Of a stretch of 11,431 nucleotides of DNA, positions 1 to 7,301 are shown piece after piece; within the stretch, counting starts at the first letter, position 1, and each line of letters opens with the position of its first letter. This DNA is from Candidatus Eiseniibacteriota bacterium (lineage in GTDB: Bacteria; Eisenbacteria; RBG-16-71-46; JABDJR01; JAWXBZ01), in NCBI GenBank assembly GCA_034440375.1, contig JAWXBZ010000049.1, forward strand, positions 1-11,431, given 5' to 3'. The notes under the pieces were generated by a model. The model worked only from the letters and a program-made list of their open reading frames with translations. It was not told the DNA's origin and did no database searches. Position numbers and translations under genes: made by a program.

Positions 1-69
1 CATTGACATAGCTCACGGGAAGCGCGCTTCAACTGCAGCTCAGGTTCGGAGAAAAACGGAGGTGTACTC

Positions 70-612
70 ATGAATCGCTCGATATATAGTTTGTTAATTC
101 TGACGTCAATCGCTTGGTTGGCAGTTGGTACGGCGGATGGAAGATCCTACATGTTGGAGCCCACCCAGGTGATCGCCTGCTCCGGAGAGAAAGTGGGTCC
201 GGCTCGGCTCATCTTAACCTTTGACTTCACGACTTTTCCAAAGCGGTCCGGCTGGCAGGTTCAAGATGCCTTTCTGGAATGGCGAACAGCCGCCCGGCCA
301 TCTGCAGCCGCACCTCGATTCATTGCATACCCAATCATCGCTGATTGGATCGGCGTGGACGTGGCGCAGGGTAGGGCCCCACTCCTGGATCTGGCCCGGA
401 GTTCGGAATGGGAGATCGAACCGCTCGATGTGGAACGAATGGGTGGTGGCTTTGTCAGGCTCGACGTGTCCGCGATGGTCAAAAATTGGGTGCTTGGGTT
501 GACCCTGGACAAGGGAATCCTCGTGGAAGCTGATTCACTACCACTCTCAGTACTGATGACTGAGTCGGCTGGAATGAGGCTTCACGTCTTGTATGCGGGC
601 GACCCGCGGTAA
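70..612 (+). CDS. Secreted hypothetical protein, DNRLRE-domain-like (180 aa)
   Basis: SD GGAGGT at 58-63 before ATG 70. Signal-peptide-like N-terminus (MNRSIYSLLILTSIAWLAVGTADG). Segments RLILTFDFTTFP, QVQDAFLEW, YPIIADW, RLDVSAMVKNWVLG..DKGILV and RLHVLY follow the order of the DNRLRE/CBM96-like beta-sandwich pattern as I recall it. Confidence 0.65.
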   Translation: MNRSIYSLLILTSIAWLAVGTADGRSYMLEPTQVIACSGEKVGPARLILTFDFTTFPKRSGWQVQDAFLEWRTAARPSAAAPRFIAYPIIADWIGVDVAQGRAPLLDLARSSEWEIEPLDVERMGGGFVRLDVSAMVKNWVLGLTLDKGILVEADSLPLSVLMTESAGMRLHVLYAGDPR

Positions 613-618
613 CCTCGG

Positions 619-1410
619 ATGACACGAGTCTCGAGCAGTGCGAACCCGTGGTGTCGATTGGTGGCCCCGCGACATGGCCCCGGGCCGACAGCGATGAGTT
701 GCTTCTTCGTCATGCTCGTTGTTTCGTGGGCATGCCTGGCCACCCAATCGCTCGCCGCCCCTTTCGACAACCGACCCAAGCTCATGCTGCATCTGATTCC
801 GGTGACGACGAAGAACATCTGCGCACGAGGCTTGATCGATTGCCAGGCGGGTGCGACCGCGGGGAGCCTGGTAGATTCGGAGAGCGGGCCATTCTACATC
901 GTGTATCTCCTGGCAGAACTCGGGAGCATTGCCTCATCGACGGGATTCGCCTGTGGGCTCCACTATGGTAACGATTCCCCGAACGCTGATCGGGATGGAC
1001 GGGGCATTGAAGTATTCGATTGGCGGCTGTGCGGTAGTGGCTATGATTTACCATCGAATCCGCCGTGGCCGAAACCGACGGGAGTCTCCAGTCGGGTCTG
1101 GTACAGCGACATGGATGATTGCCTGAGTGATCGGGCCGCCGTGTCGGGGTACTTCTATCTTGGGGCGTACAGCCCGGACACACTGAGGCTTGGGCTCCGC
1201 CAGTTTGACAATCCACCGGTGATGATCAACTGCCAGACCGGCCTGGAACAAGGACTGTCTCCCGGAGATCTCGGTTCGGTGGTCTTCTCCGCCGGCGGGA
1301 CGATTTCCGGGTGCAATCCCTGCGTGGTGCCCTGCGGCGTGATTGCCACCACTTCGACCACGTGGAGCCGGATCAAGGGCACGTTGCTGCCGCAGACCGG
1401 GGACGAGTGA
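619..1410 (+). CDS. Secreted Cys-rich hypothetical protein with C-terminal TTWSRIK tail (true start may be ATG 694)
   Basis: 263-aa ORF beginning 6 nt after the previous stop. Hydrophobic signal-like stretch MSCFFVMLVVSWACLATQSLA. Nine Cys in the predicted mature part, including GCNPCVVPC. Ends ATTSTTWSRIKGTLLPQTGDE. Confidence 0.75.
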   Translation: MTRVSSSANPWCRLVAPRHGPGPTAMSCFFVMLVVSWACLATQSLAAPFDNRPKLMLHLIPVTTKNICARGLIDCQAGATAGSLVDSESGPFYIVYLLAELGSIASSTGFACGLHYGNDSPNADRDGRGIEVFDWRLCGSGYDLPSNPPWPKPTGVSSRVWYSDMDDCLSDRAAVSGYFYLGAYSPDTLRLGLRQFDNPPVMINCQTGLEQGLSPGDLGSVVFSAGGTISGCNPCVVPCGVIATTSTTWSRIKGTLLPQTGDE

Positions 1411-1460
1411 GGCGAGGGTCCATCGTTCCAGGCAGAACGATCCCGGATCCCCCACCTGCC

Positions 1461-1469
1461 TGATACACT
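1461..1469 (+). promoter_or_regulatory. Putative extended -10 promoter element (TGaTACACT)
   Basis: Matches TGnTAnnnT in the intergenic gap about 65 nt upstream of ATG 1533. No clear -35. Confidence 0.35.
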
Positions 1470-1532
1470 GCCCGGTCCATGGCAATGCCACCGGTTTCAG
1501 TTCTGAGTTTCCCCTTACCAAGGAGTGGATTC

Positions 1533-2222
1533 ATGAACAGCTTTGCTAAGACAGCGAGATCCTCTCTCCTGGCACTTTTGGCGTTGCTCGCGATGAGTGC
1601 GCCGTCCATTGCCAACGAAAACATTGTTCTATTCAGCGGCAACGGACCCGTCGGAAATCTTGATCCGATCATCCGGTACCTGGGCCTCGGGAGTTGTTGC
1701 GCGGAATTTCCTGCGTTTACGGCGGCGCACTTCGCCGCCGCCGCGGCTGGACCGCCGGCGACGATCATTGGGCAGGCTCACCCGGCATGGACTGCGGACC
1801 TGTCGTGCGATCCCACCGTCGAGACCGTGGGCCGCTGGGTTGGTGTCGCCATCGGCGGACCGCCGGAGACGGCGCTCTATGCGGTGAATTTCAACGTCAC
1901 GACCCAGTGCATCCACTCCGCGACACTCAGCATCTGCTGGATGGTGGACGATGCTCTTGGAAGCCCCAACAACCCGGCGGGTCTCTATCTCAATGGCAAT
2001 CCGATTCCGGCAGTTGCCGGCGGAAACTTCGCCGCGGCAACCTTTGTCGGCTCGATCCCCGTGGGTGGCATGCTGACTCCGGGCGCGAATACGCTGTACC
2101 TCTACGATGCCGACATCGGCGCCGCGGTCAGCGGCGTGGATTTCCTGGTACGCCTCGACGTCGTGGAGTGCGAAAGCCCGGTCGAAACGCACAGCTGGTC
2201 GGACATCAAGACCCGCTTCTAG
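1533..2222 (+). CDS. Secreted hypothetical protein, probable beta-sandwich/jelly-roll domain, with C-terminal HSWSDIK tail (229 aa)
   Basis: SD AAGGAG at 1520-1525 supports ATG 1533 over 1479. Classic Sec signal peptide MNSFAKTARSSLLALLALLAMSAPSIA. The pattern VDD...GLYLNG...LTPGANTLYLY resembles galactose-binding-like domains. Ends ECESPVETHSWSDIKTRF. Confidence 0.8.
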   Translation: MNSFAKTARSSLLALLALLAMSAPSIANENIVLFSGNGPVGNLDPIIRYLGLGSCCAEFPAFTAAHFAAAAAGPPATIIGQAHPAWTADLSCDPTVETVGRWVGVAIGGPPETALYAVNFNVTTQCIHSATLSICWMVDDALGSPNNPAGLYLNGNPIPAVAGGNFAAATFVGSIPVGGMLTPGANTLYLYDADIGAAVSGVDFLVRLDVVECESPVETHSWSDIKTRF

Positions 2223-2231
2223 TTTGACCGG

Positions 2232-2256
2232 CCGTCGGCCCGTACGGGGCCGGCGG
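2232..2256 (+). other. GC-rich stem-loop just after the stop codon
   Basis: CCGTCGGCCC (2232-2241) pairs with GGGCCGGCGG (2247-2256) with one G-U pair; 5-nt loop. Confidence 0.5.
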
Positions 2257-2276
2257 AGTACCGGGCATGGCAATCC

Positions 2277-2324
2277 ATGGGAGGCTGAATCGCGGCCATG
2301 GGCGATTCAGCCTCCCATTATTTT
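2277..2324 (+). terminator. Probable intrinsic terminator
   Basis: Perfect 17-bp inverted repeat ATGGGAGGCTGAATCGC (2277-2293) / GCGATTCAGCCTCCCAT (2302-2318), 8-nt loop, followed by TATTTT. Confidence 0.7.
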
Positions 2325-2345
2325 ACGGCGAGGTGCCTCGAACCC

Positions 2346-2374
2346 TTGCGCTCCGCCCGTCTCCCGGCTTTAAT
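2346..2374 (+). promoter_or_regulatory. Putative sigma70-type promoter for a leaderless kinase transcript
   Basis: TTGCGC (2346-2351), 17-nt spacer, TTTAAT (2369-2374), then 6 nt to ATG 2381. No SD upstream of that ATG. Confidence 0.55.
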
Positions 2375-2380
2375 CTCGCG

Positions 2381-5062
2381 ATGCCGCTTAGTCCCGGAAC
2401 CCGCATCGGCCCCTACGAGGTCATCGCCCCGCTGGGCGCAGGCGGGATGGGGGAAGTGTTCCGGGCGCGGGATTCGCGGCTCGGGCGGGATGTGGCCATC
2501 AAGACGCTTCCCGATGCGTTTGCGGCCGAGCCGGAACGACTGGCACGATTCGAGCGGGAGGCCCGATTGCTGGCCTCCTTGAGCCATCCGAATATTGGCG
2601 GTATCCACGGCCTGGAGGATTCGGGGGGGCATCGCCATCTCGTCCTTGAGCTCGTGGAAGGGGAGACGCTGGGGAATCGCCTGGCGCGTGGTCCCCTGCC
2701 GCTGGACGAGTCGCTGGAATTTGGCCGGCAGATCGCCGCCGCGCTGGATGCGGCCCACGAAGCCGGCATCGTTCATCGCGATTTGAAGCCCGGCAACGTC
2801 ATGGTGACCCCGGCCGGCGATATCAAGGTCCTCGACTTCGGCCTGGCCCGCGGCGGTGGCGCCACGCCGGCATTGGACATGGGACTTTCCGCCTCGCCCA
2901 CGATGACCTACGCCGCCACGATGGCCGGGGTGATCCTCGGTACGGCGGCCTACATGAGTCCGGAGCAGGCCCGCGGCCGCACGGTCGATCGCCGCAGCGA
3001 CATCTGGTCTTTCGGCTGCGTGCTGTTCGAATGCCTGACCGGCAAGATCCTCTTTTCGGGCGAGACCATTTCGGACACGATCGCGAAGATCCTGGAGCGC
3101 GAGCCGGACTGGAGCTTGCTGCCGCAGAAGACGCCACCGCGCGTGCGCGAGCTGCTCCGCCGCTGCCTTGAAAAAGATGCGCGCAAACGCCAGCGGGATG
3201 CCGGGGATATCAAGCTCGAGATTGACGAGATCCTGGCCGGCGGCGTGAACGCGAGTGGCACGATCCCGGCGTTGACTGCCGCCGCTGCCCCGGCGTCGTC
3301 GCAGAGGGGCTCGCTTCTGGCCTGGGGCATTGCCGGGCTCTCGCTGCTGGTGGCAGCCGCCTCATGGATTGCCCCCCGCCTGGCATCGCCACCTGCGCCT
3401 CCACCACCCGTTCAGTCGCTGATTGCACCGGCCCGGGGCACCTCCAGCGATAACATTCTCCCAGCCGACGCCGCCTACTCCCCGGACGGCACGATGATCG
3501 TGTTCGCGGCGGTGGACTCGGCGGGTCGCAGCCAGCTCTGGCTCCGGTCGCTTGGATCGCTGGATGTCCGATTGATCACGCATACCGAACTCGTCGATGG
3601 CGGCCTGCCGTTCTGGTCGCCGGACTCGCGCCGGATCGGTTTTTTCTCCGACCGCAAGCTCAGAATCATCGGGCTGGATGGCGGATCGTCTCAGATCATT
3701 TGTGATGCCCCGAGTGGCCGCGGCGGCACCTGGAATGGGGACGGTGTCATCCTCTTCGCTCCGACGAGTAGTGGTCCCCTCCAGCGGGTTTCCGTCTCGG
3801 GAGGGAAGCCGGAGGCGGTCCTGCCGCTGGACGAAAAGGCCGGTGAGACGGCGCAGCGTTTTCCCCGGTTCCTGCCGGATGGAAAGCAATTCACGTTCGC
3901 TTCGCTGCCGGCCCGGAATGAGGAGATTACGACCTTTATCGGGCGATTGGGCGCAACCGAGCGCCGCGTTTTCGTCCGCGCGTCATCGAGCGCCGCATTC
4001 GTGCCGCCCAACCTTGCCGTCTTCACCCGGGGACAAACGCTGATGGCGCAGCGGTGTGACCCATCCTCCTTGACCCTCAAGGGGGAGCCGGTGGCCATCG
4101 GCGATGCGCCCTCGAACCTGTGGACCTGGGGAACGAATCCGGCCAGCTGTTCCGATCGTGGGGACATCGTCTTTCCGACAAGCGTTTCCGATTTGACCTA
4201 CCTGGAATGGATGTCACCGTCCGGCCAGTCGCTGTCGCGGCCCCGCATTCCAGAGGCGCAATGGGCTCAAATCTCCCTGAGCCCGGACGGGCGGCAGGCA
4301 GCCATTCTCCGGTCGTCGGATTCGCGCGAGACCAATATCTGGCTGGTCGATCCGATCCGGGGGACGGCTGCCCCCATCACGACCGAAGGGGGGCCGGTCG
4401 ATAAGCTGATCTGGTCGCCGGATGGCCGCGAGATTTTCTACACCGCCGATCGGACCGGACGCCAGAACCTCTATGCCCGTCGGACGACTGGTTCGTACGA
4501 GGAGCGGCTGGTTTTTCAGAACGACAATATGTTTAAGCTGGCACAGGATATCTCGCCGGATGGGCGCTTTTTCCTGTTTGCCCAGCTCGATCCGGTCACC
4601 CGGCGGGACCTCTGGGTCGTGCCGTCCGCTGGAGGCAACGCGACGCCGTTTCTCACGGCGCCGGCCGAACAGAATGCCGCCATCTTCTCCCCGGATGGAC
4701 ACTGGGTGGCCTACCAATCGGACGAATCGGGTCGACTTGAGATCTACGTTACGTCATTTCCCATTCCGGAAACTAAGATCCAGGTATCAACCGCTGGAGG
4801 GGGAGGCTTTTTCTGGTTGCGCCAGTCGTGGGAGATCAGGTACTTAAGTCCCGCGGGCCGGTTGATGAGCTGCGCGGTCAGGCCTGGTCCGACACTTCAG
4901 ATTTTGGAGCCCAGGGAAGTTGGCGACTTCTCGAGGAACGTGCGCGACCTCGACATCACCGCCGACGGTCAGCGCATCCTGGCCATCCGCGGCGAAACCG
5001 CCGCCGGCGGTTCGAGTTTGACGCTGCTGACCAACTGGCATTCGTTGTTGGATAAGCACTGA
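2381..5062 (+). CDS. Hanks-type Ser/Thr protein kinase with a transmembrane helix and C-terminal TolB/PD40-like beta-propeller (893 aa)
   Basis: Kinase motifs GAGGMGEV, VAIK, HRDLKPGN, DFG, YMSPE and DIWSFG. Hydrophobic segment LLAWGIAGLSLLVAAASWI. Repeated [YWLIF]SPD[GS] blades. Start placed at MPLSPGTRIGPYE because the upstream in-frame extension runs through the terminator hairpin. Confidence 0.93.
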   Translation: MPLSPGTRIGPYEVIAPLGAGGMGEVFRARDSRLGRDVAIKTLPDAFAAEPERLARFEREARLLASLSHPNIGGIHGLEDSGGHRHLVLELVEGETLGNRLARGPLPLDESLEFGRQIAAALDAAHEAGIVHRDLKPGNVMVTPAGDIKVLDFGLARGGGATPALDMGLSASPTMTYAATMAGVILGTAAYMSPEQARGRTVDRRSDIWSFGCVLFECLTGKILFSGETISDTIAKILEREPDWSLLPQKTPPRVRELLRRCLEKDARKRQRDAGDIKLEIDEILAGGVNASGTIPALTAAAAPASSQRGSLLAWGIAGLSLLVAAASWIAPRLASPPAPPPPVQSLIAPARGTSSDNILPADAAYSPDGTMIVFAAVDSAGRSQLWLRSLGSLDVRLITHTELVDGGLPFWSPDSRRIGFFSDRKLRIIGLDGGSSQIICDAPSGRGGTWNGDGVILFAPTSSGPLQRVSVSGGKPEAVLPLDEKAGETAQRFPRFLPDGKQFTFASLPARNEEITTFIGRLGATERRVFVRASSSAAFVPPNLAVFTRGQTLMAQRCDPSSLTLKGEPVAIGDAPSNLWTWGTNPASCSDRGDIVFPTSVSDLTYLEWMSPSGQSLSRPRIPEAQWAQISLSPDGRQAAILRSSDSRETNIWLVDPIRGTAAPITTEGGPVDKLIWSPDGREIFYTADRTGRQNLYARRTTGSYEERLVFQNDNMFKLAQDISPDGRFFLFAQLDPVTRRDLWVVPSAGGNATPFLTAPAEQNAAIFSPDGHWVAYQSDESGRLEIYVTSFPIPETKIQVSTAGGGGFFWLRQSWEIRYLSPAGRLMSCAVRPGPTLQILEPREVGDFSRNVRDLDITADGQRILAIRGETAAGGSSLTLLTNWHSLLDKH

Positions 5063-5176
5063 CCTGTTCTCCACCGCTTGACCTCGACGCGATCGAATCG
5101 AACGATGGCAGCATCGATTGCATGCCGCAACGGGATTCAATAAATGATCTGCAAACTCGGCCTGGACCGAGTCTTG

Positions 5177-5230
5177 TTAGCCATGACTGCATTTACTCGC
5201 CCCGGGGCGAGTTGCGTCAGATATGGCTGA
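5177..5230. other. Long interrupted stem-loop centred on a perfect 18-bp palindrome, between convergent genes
   Basis: ACTCGCCCCGGGGCGAGT (5195-5212) is self-complementary. TGAC(T)GCA pairs with TGCGTCA and TTAGCCA with TGGCTGA outside it. Confidence 0.5.
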
Positions 5231-5268
5231 TAATTACGGAGTAGGCAAGTTGGCGTACGGCACCGGCA

Positions 5269-6252
5269 CTACTTCCCGTGCGGCACCAGGTTCGGCAGGG
5301 GCGCCCGATCCCGAACATAGGTATCGAACCAATAATTAACCTGGCGGGCCACCTCCGCGCGGTGCTCCGAAAGACCGTGGTCGCCCCCTTCGAGGAAGAC
5401 AAATCGAACGGGGCGTTTGGCCTTGTACAACGCCTCGGCCATTCGCAAGGTCTCGGTCGGTTCGACGCGCCAGTCGGCGCTGCCCTGCAGGAGCAGTATC
5501 GGCGTGGTCGGATTCAGGCGTTCCGGCCAGCGAACAGCGGAGCGCGCTTCCAGGGCGGCTTCGCGAATCGCGGGCCAGCCGGGCACCAGCTCAGCCAGCA
5601 CGCCTGTTTCCATTTCCGGCCGTTGCCTCACCATATCCGCGGCATCCGACAGACCGGCCCCGACGACGGCCGCGCGGATTCGATCGGTGCGGGCCAGCGC
5701 CAGGTAGGTCATCATCCCGCCCCGACTCCAGCCGTACATCCCGAGTCGGGTCGCATCGACGCGGGGCTGTCGTTCCAGCAGGGGAACCAGGTTCAGGACA
5801 TCGTTCACATCCGCCCCGCCGAACTCCTCGCGTCCCTCGCCGCCGGCATTGCCGCGATATTGGCTGGCCACGACGACATAGCCATGCTGGGCCAGCGGGC
5901 CGAGGAGCAGGGCGGCCGACGTATCGGTGATCGCTCCAAATTCCCGGTTGCCGCCACGATTGAAAATAATGGCCGGCAATGAATCACCGCTGATTGGTTC
6001 GACGAGATAGCCCCGCACCTTGAGCCCATCGCTCATGTAGGTGATGCGCTGGACGAGGACGCTGTCGAGATCAAGGACACGACCGCTGCGCTGGATTCGC
6101 TCGTCAATGAGCCGCCTCAGGTTGCCCGTGTACGAGACGGGTGCCCGAGCGACCAAGGTGCCGTCGGGTTCGATCGCGCCGACGGTCGTGGCCAGTATCA
6201 GCGGGAGCACGAAAAATCCACTTACCGGCCAACCCGAGCGATGACCAGTCAT
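5269..6252 (-). CDS. S9 family (prolyl oligopeptidase-like) alpha/beta-hydrolase peptidase, probably exported (327 aa; alternative starts 6276 or 6288)
   Basis: Nucleophile motif GWSRGG, Asp in QGSADWRV, His in GGDHGL, plus YMSDGLKVRGYL and NRGGN. Hydrophobic N-terminal stretch FFVLPLILATTVGA. AAAGGGG lies upstream of ATG 6252. ATG 6288 would overlap the upstream TGA by 1 nt. Confidence 0.88.
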   Translation of the reverse strand: MTGHRSGWPVSGFFVLPLILATTVGAIEPDGTLVARAPVSYTGNLRRLIDERIQRSGRVLDLDSVLVQRITYMSDGLKVRGYLVEPISGDSLPAIIFNRGGNREFGAITDTSAALLLGPLAQHGYVVVASQYRGNAGGEGREEFGGADVNDVLNLVPLLERQPRVDATRLGMYGWSRGGMMTYLALARTDRIRAAVVGAGLSDAADMVRQRPEMETGVLAELVPGWPAIREAALEARSAVRWPERLNPTTPILLLQGSADWRVEPTETLRMAEALYKAKRPVRFVFLEGGDHGLSEHRAEVARQVNYWFDTYVRDRAPLPNLVPHGK

Positions 6253-6287
6253 CCGCGCCCCTTTCGCGCCGTACATCCCGGGAGCCA

Positions 6288-7301
6288 TCAACCCCGCCGA
6301 AACAGCACCCAGAGAAAAAACGGTCCACCGATGGCCGCGGTGATGATCCCCACCGGCAGTTCCAGCGGGTTGGCGATCGTGCGCGCCAGCGTGTCGCACA
6401 CGATCAGGAACGATGCGCCGCCCAGCGCCACGGCGGGGAGCAGCACGCGGTGATCGGGTCCGACGAATCGCCGGAGCAGGTGCGGAACGACCAGGCCGAC
6501 GAAACCGATCGGGCCGGCCCAGGCCACGACCAGCGCCACCATGATCGAAGCCGCCGATAACCCGATCAGTCGCACCCGGTCGGCGTTGAGGCCAAGGTGG
6601 GTGGCCGTCCGATCCCCGATCGACATGACATTGAGCCCCTGCGCGTTGGCCATCAGGATGACGAACGCCGCCAGCAGCGGAAGGGTGAGCGCCGCGGGGA
6701 GCGCCACGCTAGATACGTCCAGTCCTCCCAACATCCAGCGGAGCATGGCGAAGGCCTGGTGGGGGTCCGACAGGTATTGAACGATCAGGATTCCCGATGC
6801 GAAAAGGAGATTGAGCGTGACGCCGGCCAGCAGCAGTGTATGTGTTCGGTCAGACACCGTGGGCCGGCGGGCCAGCAGGGTGACCAGCAGCATGGCCAAA
6901 GCCGCACCGACCAGCGCCGACAGCGGAACCAGCGCCACGCCGAGCGTCGCCAGGCCGACGGGCATCCAGCGCATGGCCAGCAGCGCGCCGAACGAGGCGC
7001 CGCCCGAGATTCCCAGCGTGTACGGCGTGGCCATGTCGTTGCGCAGCAGCGCCTGGTACACGGCGCCGGCCACGGCCAGTGCGGCGCCGACCAACGCGGC
7101 AAACAGCACCCGGGGAAGCCGCGTGTTGAAGAAGATGACGGCATCAATATTTCGCTCGATCGGAATCGATCGATCGAACGCTTTGACGAGCGATATGGAA
7201 GTCGGACCGATCAACGGCGCCAGTGCCATCGCAAATAGCATCACGATGAGGAGAAGCATAATGACCCGACCGGGATGGGCCGCGCGATTGCCGGCGGTCA
7301 T
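6288..7301 (-). CDS. FecCD/BtuC-family ABC transporter permease (337 aa)
   Basis: Family motifs RLPRVLFAALVGAALAVAGAVYQALLRN, PYTLGISGGA, GPIGFVGLVVPH and ELPVGIITAAIGGPFF; many hydrophobic helices. ATGA overlap with the upstream ATPase gene. Confidence 0.93.
   Translation of the reverse strand: MTAGNRAAHPGRVIMLLLIVMLFAMALAPLIGPTSISLVKAFDRSIPIERNIDAVIFFNTRLPRVLFAALVGAALAVAGAVYQALLRNDMATPYTLGISGGASFGALLAMRWMPVGLATLGVALVPLSALVGAALAMLLVTLLARRPTVSDRTHTLLLAGVTLNLLFASGILIVQYLSDPHQAFAMLRWMLGGLDVSSVALPAALTLPLLAAFVILMANAQGLNVMSIGDRTATHLGLNADRVRLIGLSAASIMVALVVAWAGPIGFVGLVVPHLLRRFVGPDHRVLLPAVALGGASFLIVCDTLARTIANPLELPVGIITAAIGGPFFLWVLFRRG

Noticed and set aside
3-8. Perfect TTGACA -35 box at the window start
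   Set aside because: No credible -10 hexamer lies 16-18 nt downstream.
1387-1401. LPQTG at the C-terminus of the 619-1410 protein, a perfect LPxTG sortase motif
   Set aside because: Only DE follows before the stop. The required hydrophobic helix and basic tail are absent, and the sequence beyond the stop does not encode them in frame.
2267-2380. 38-aa N-terminal extension of the kinase in the ORF track
   Set aside because: It runs through the terminator hairpin and the predicted promoter; the family-typical start is MPLSPGTRIGPY at 2381.
5024-5062. Kinase C-terminus LTNWHSLLDKH as a third copy of the W-S-x-I-K tail
   Set aside because: The spacing differs, there is no Thr/Ser-rich lead-in, and an N-W ending is usual for this kinase-propeller family.
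5120-5230. Integron attC site (GTTAGCC at 5176-5182 near stem-loops)
   Set aside because: No correctly placed complementary RYYYAAC box encloses the hairpin, and there is no integrase or second site in the window.
5278-5982. 234-aa + strand ORF and the other short overlapping ORFs in the track
   Set aside because: They are antisense or alternate-frame shadows of well-supported genes, Arg/Pro/Gly-rich and without motifs.
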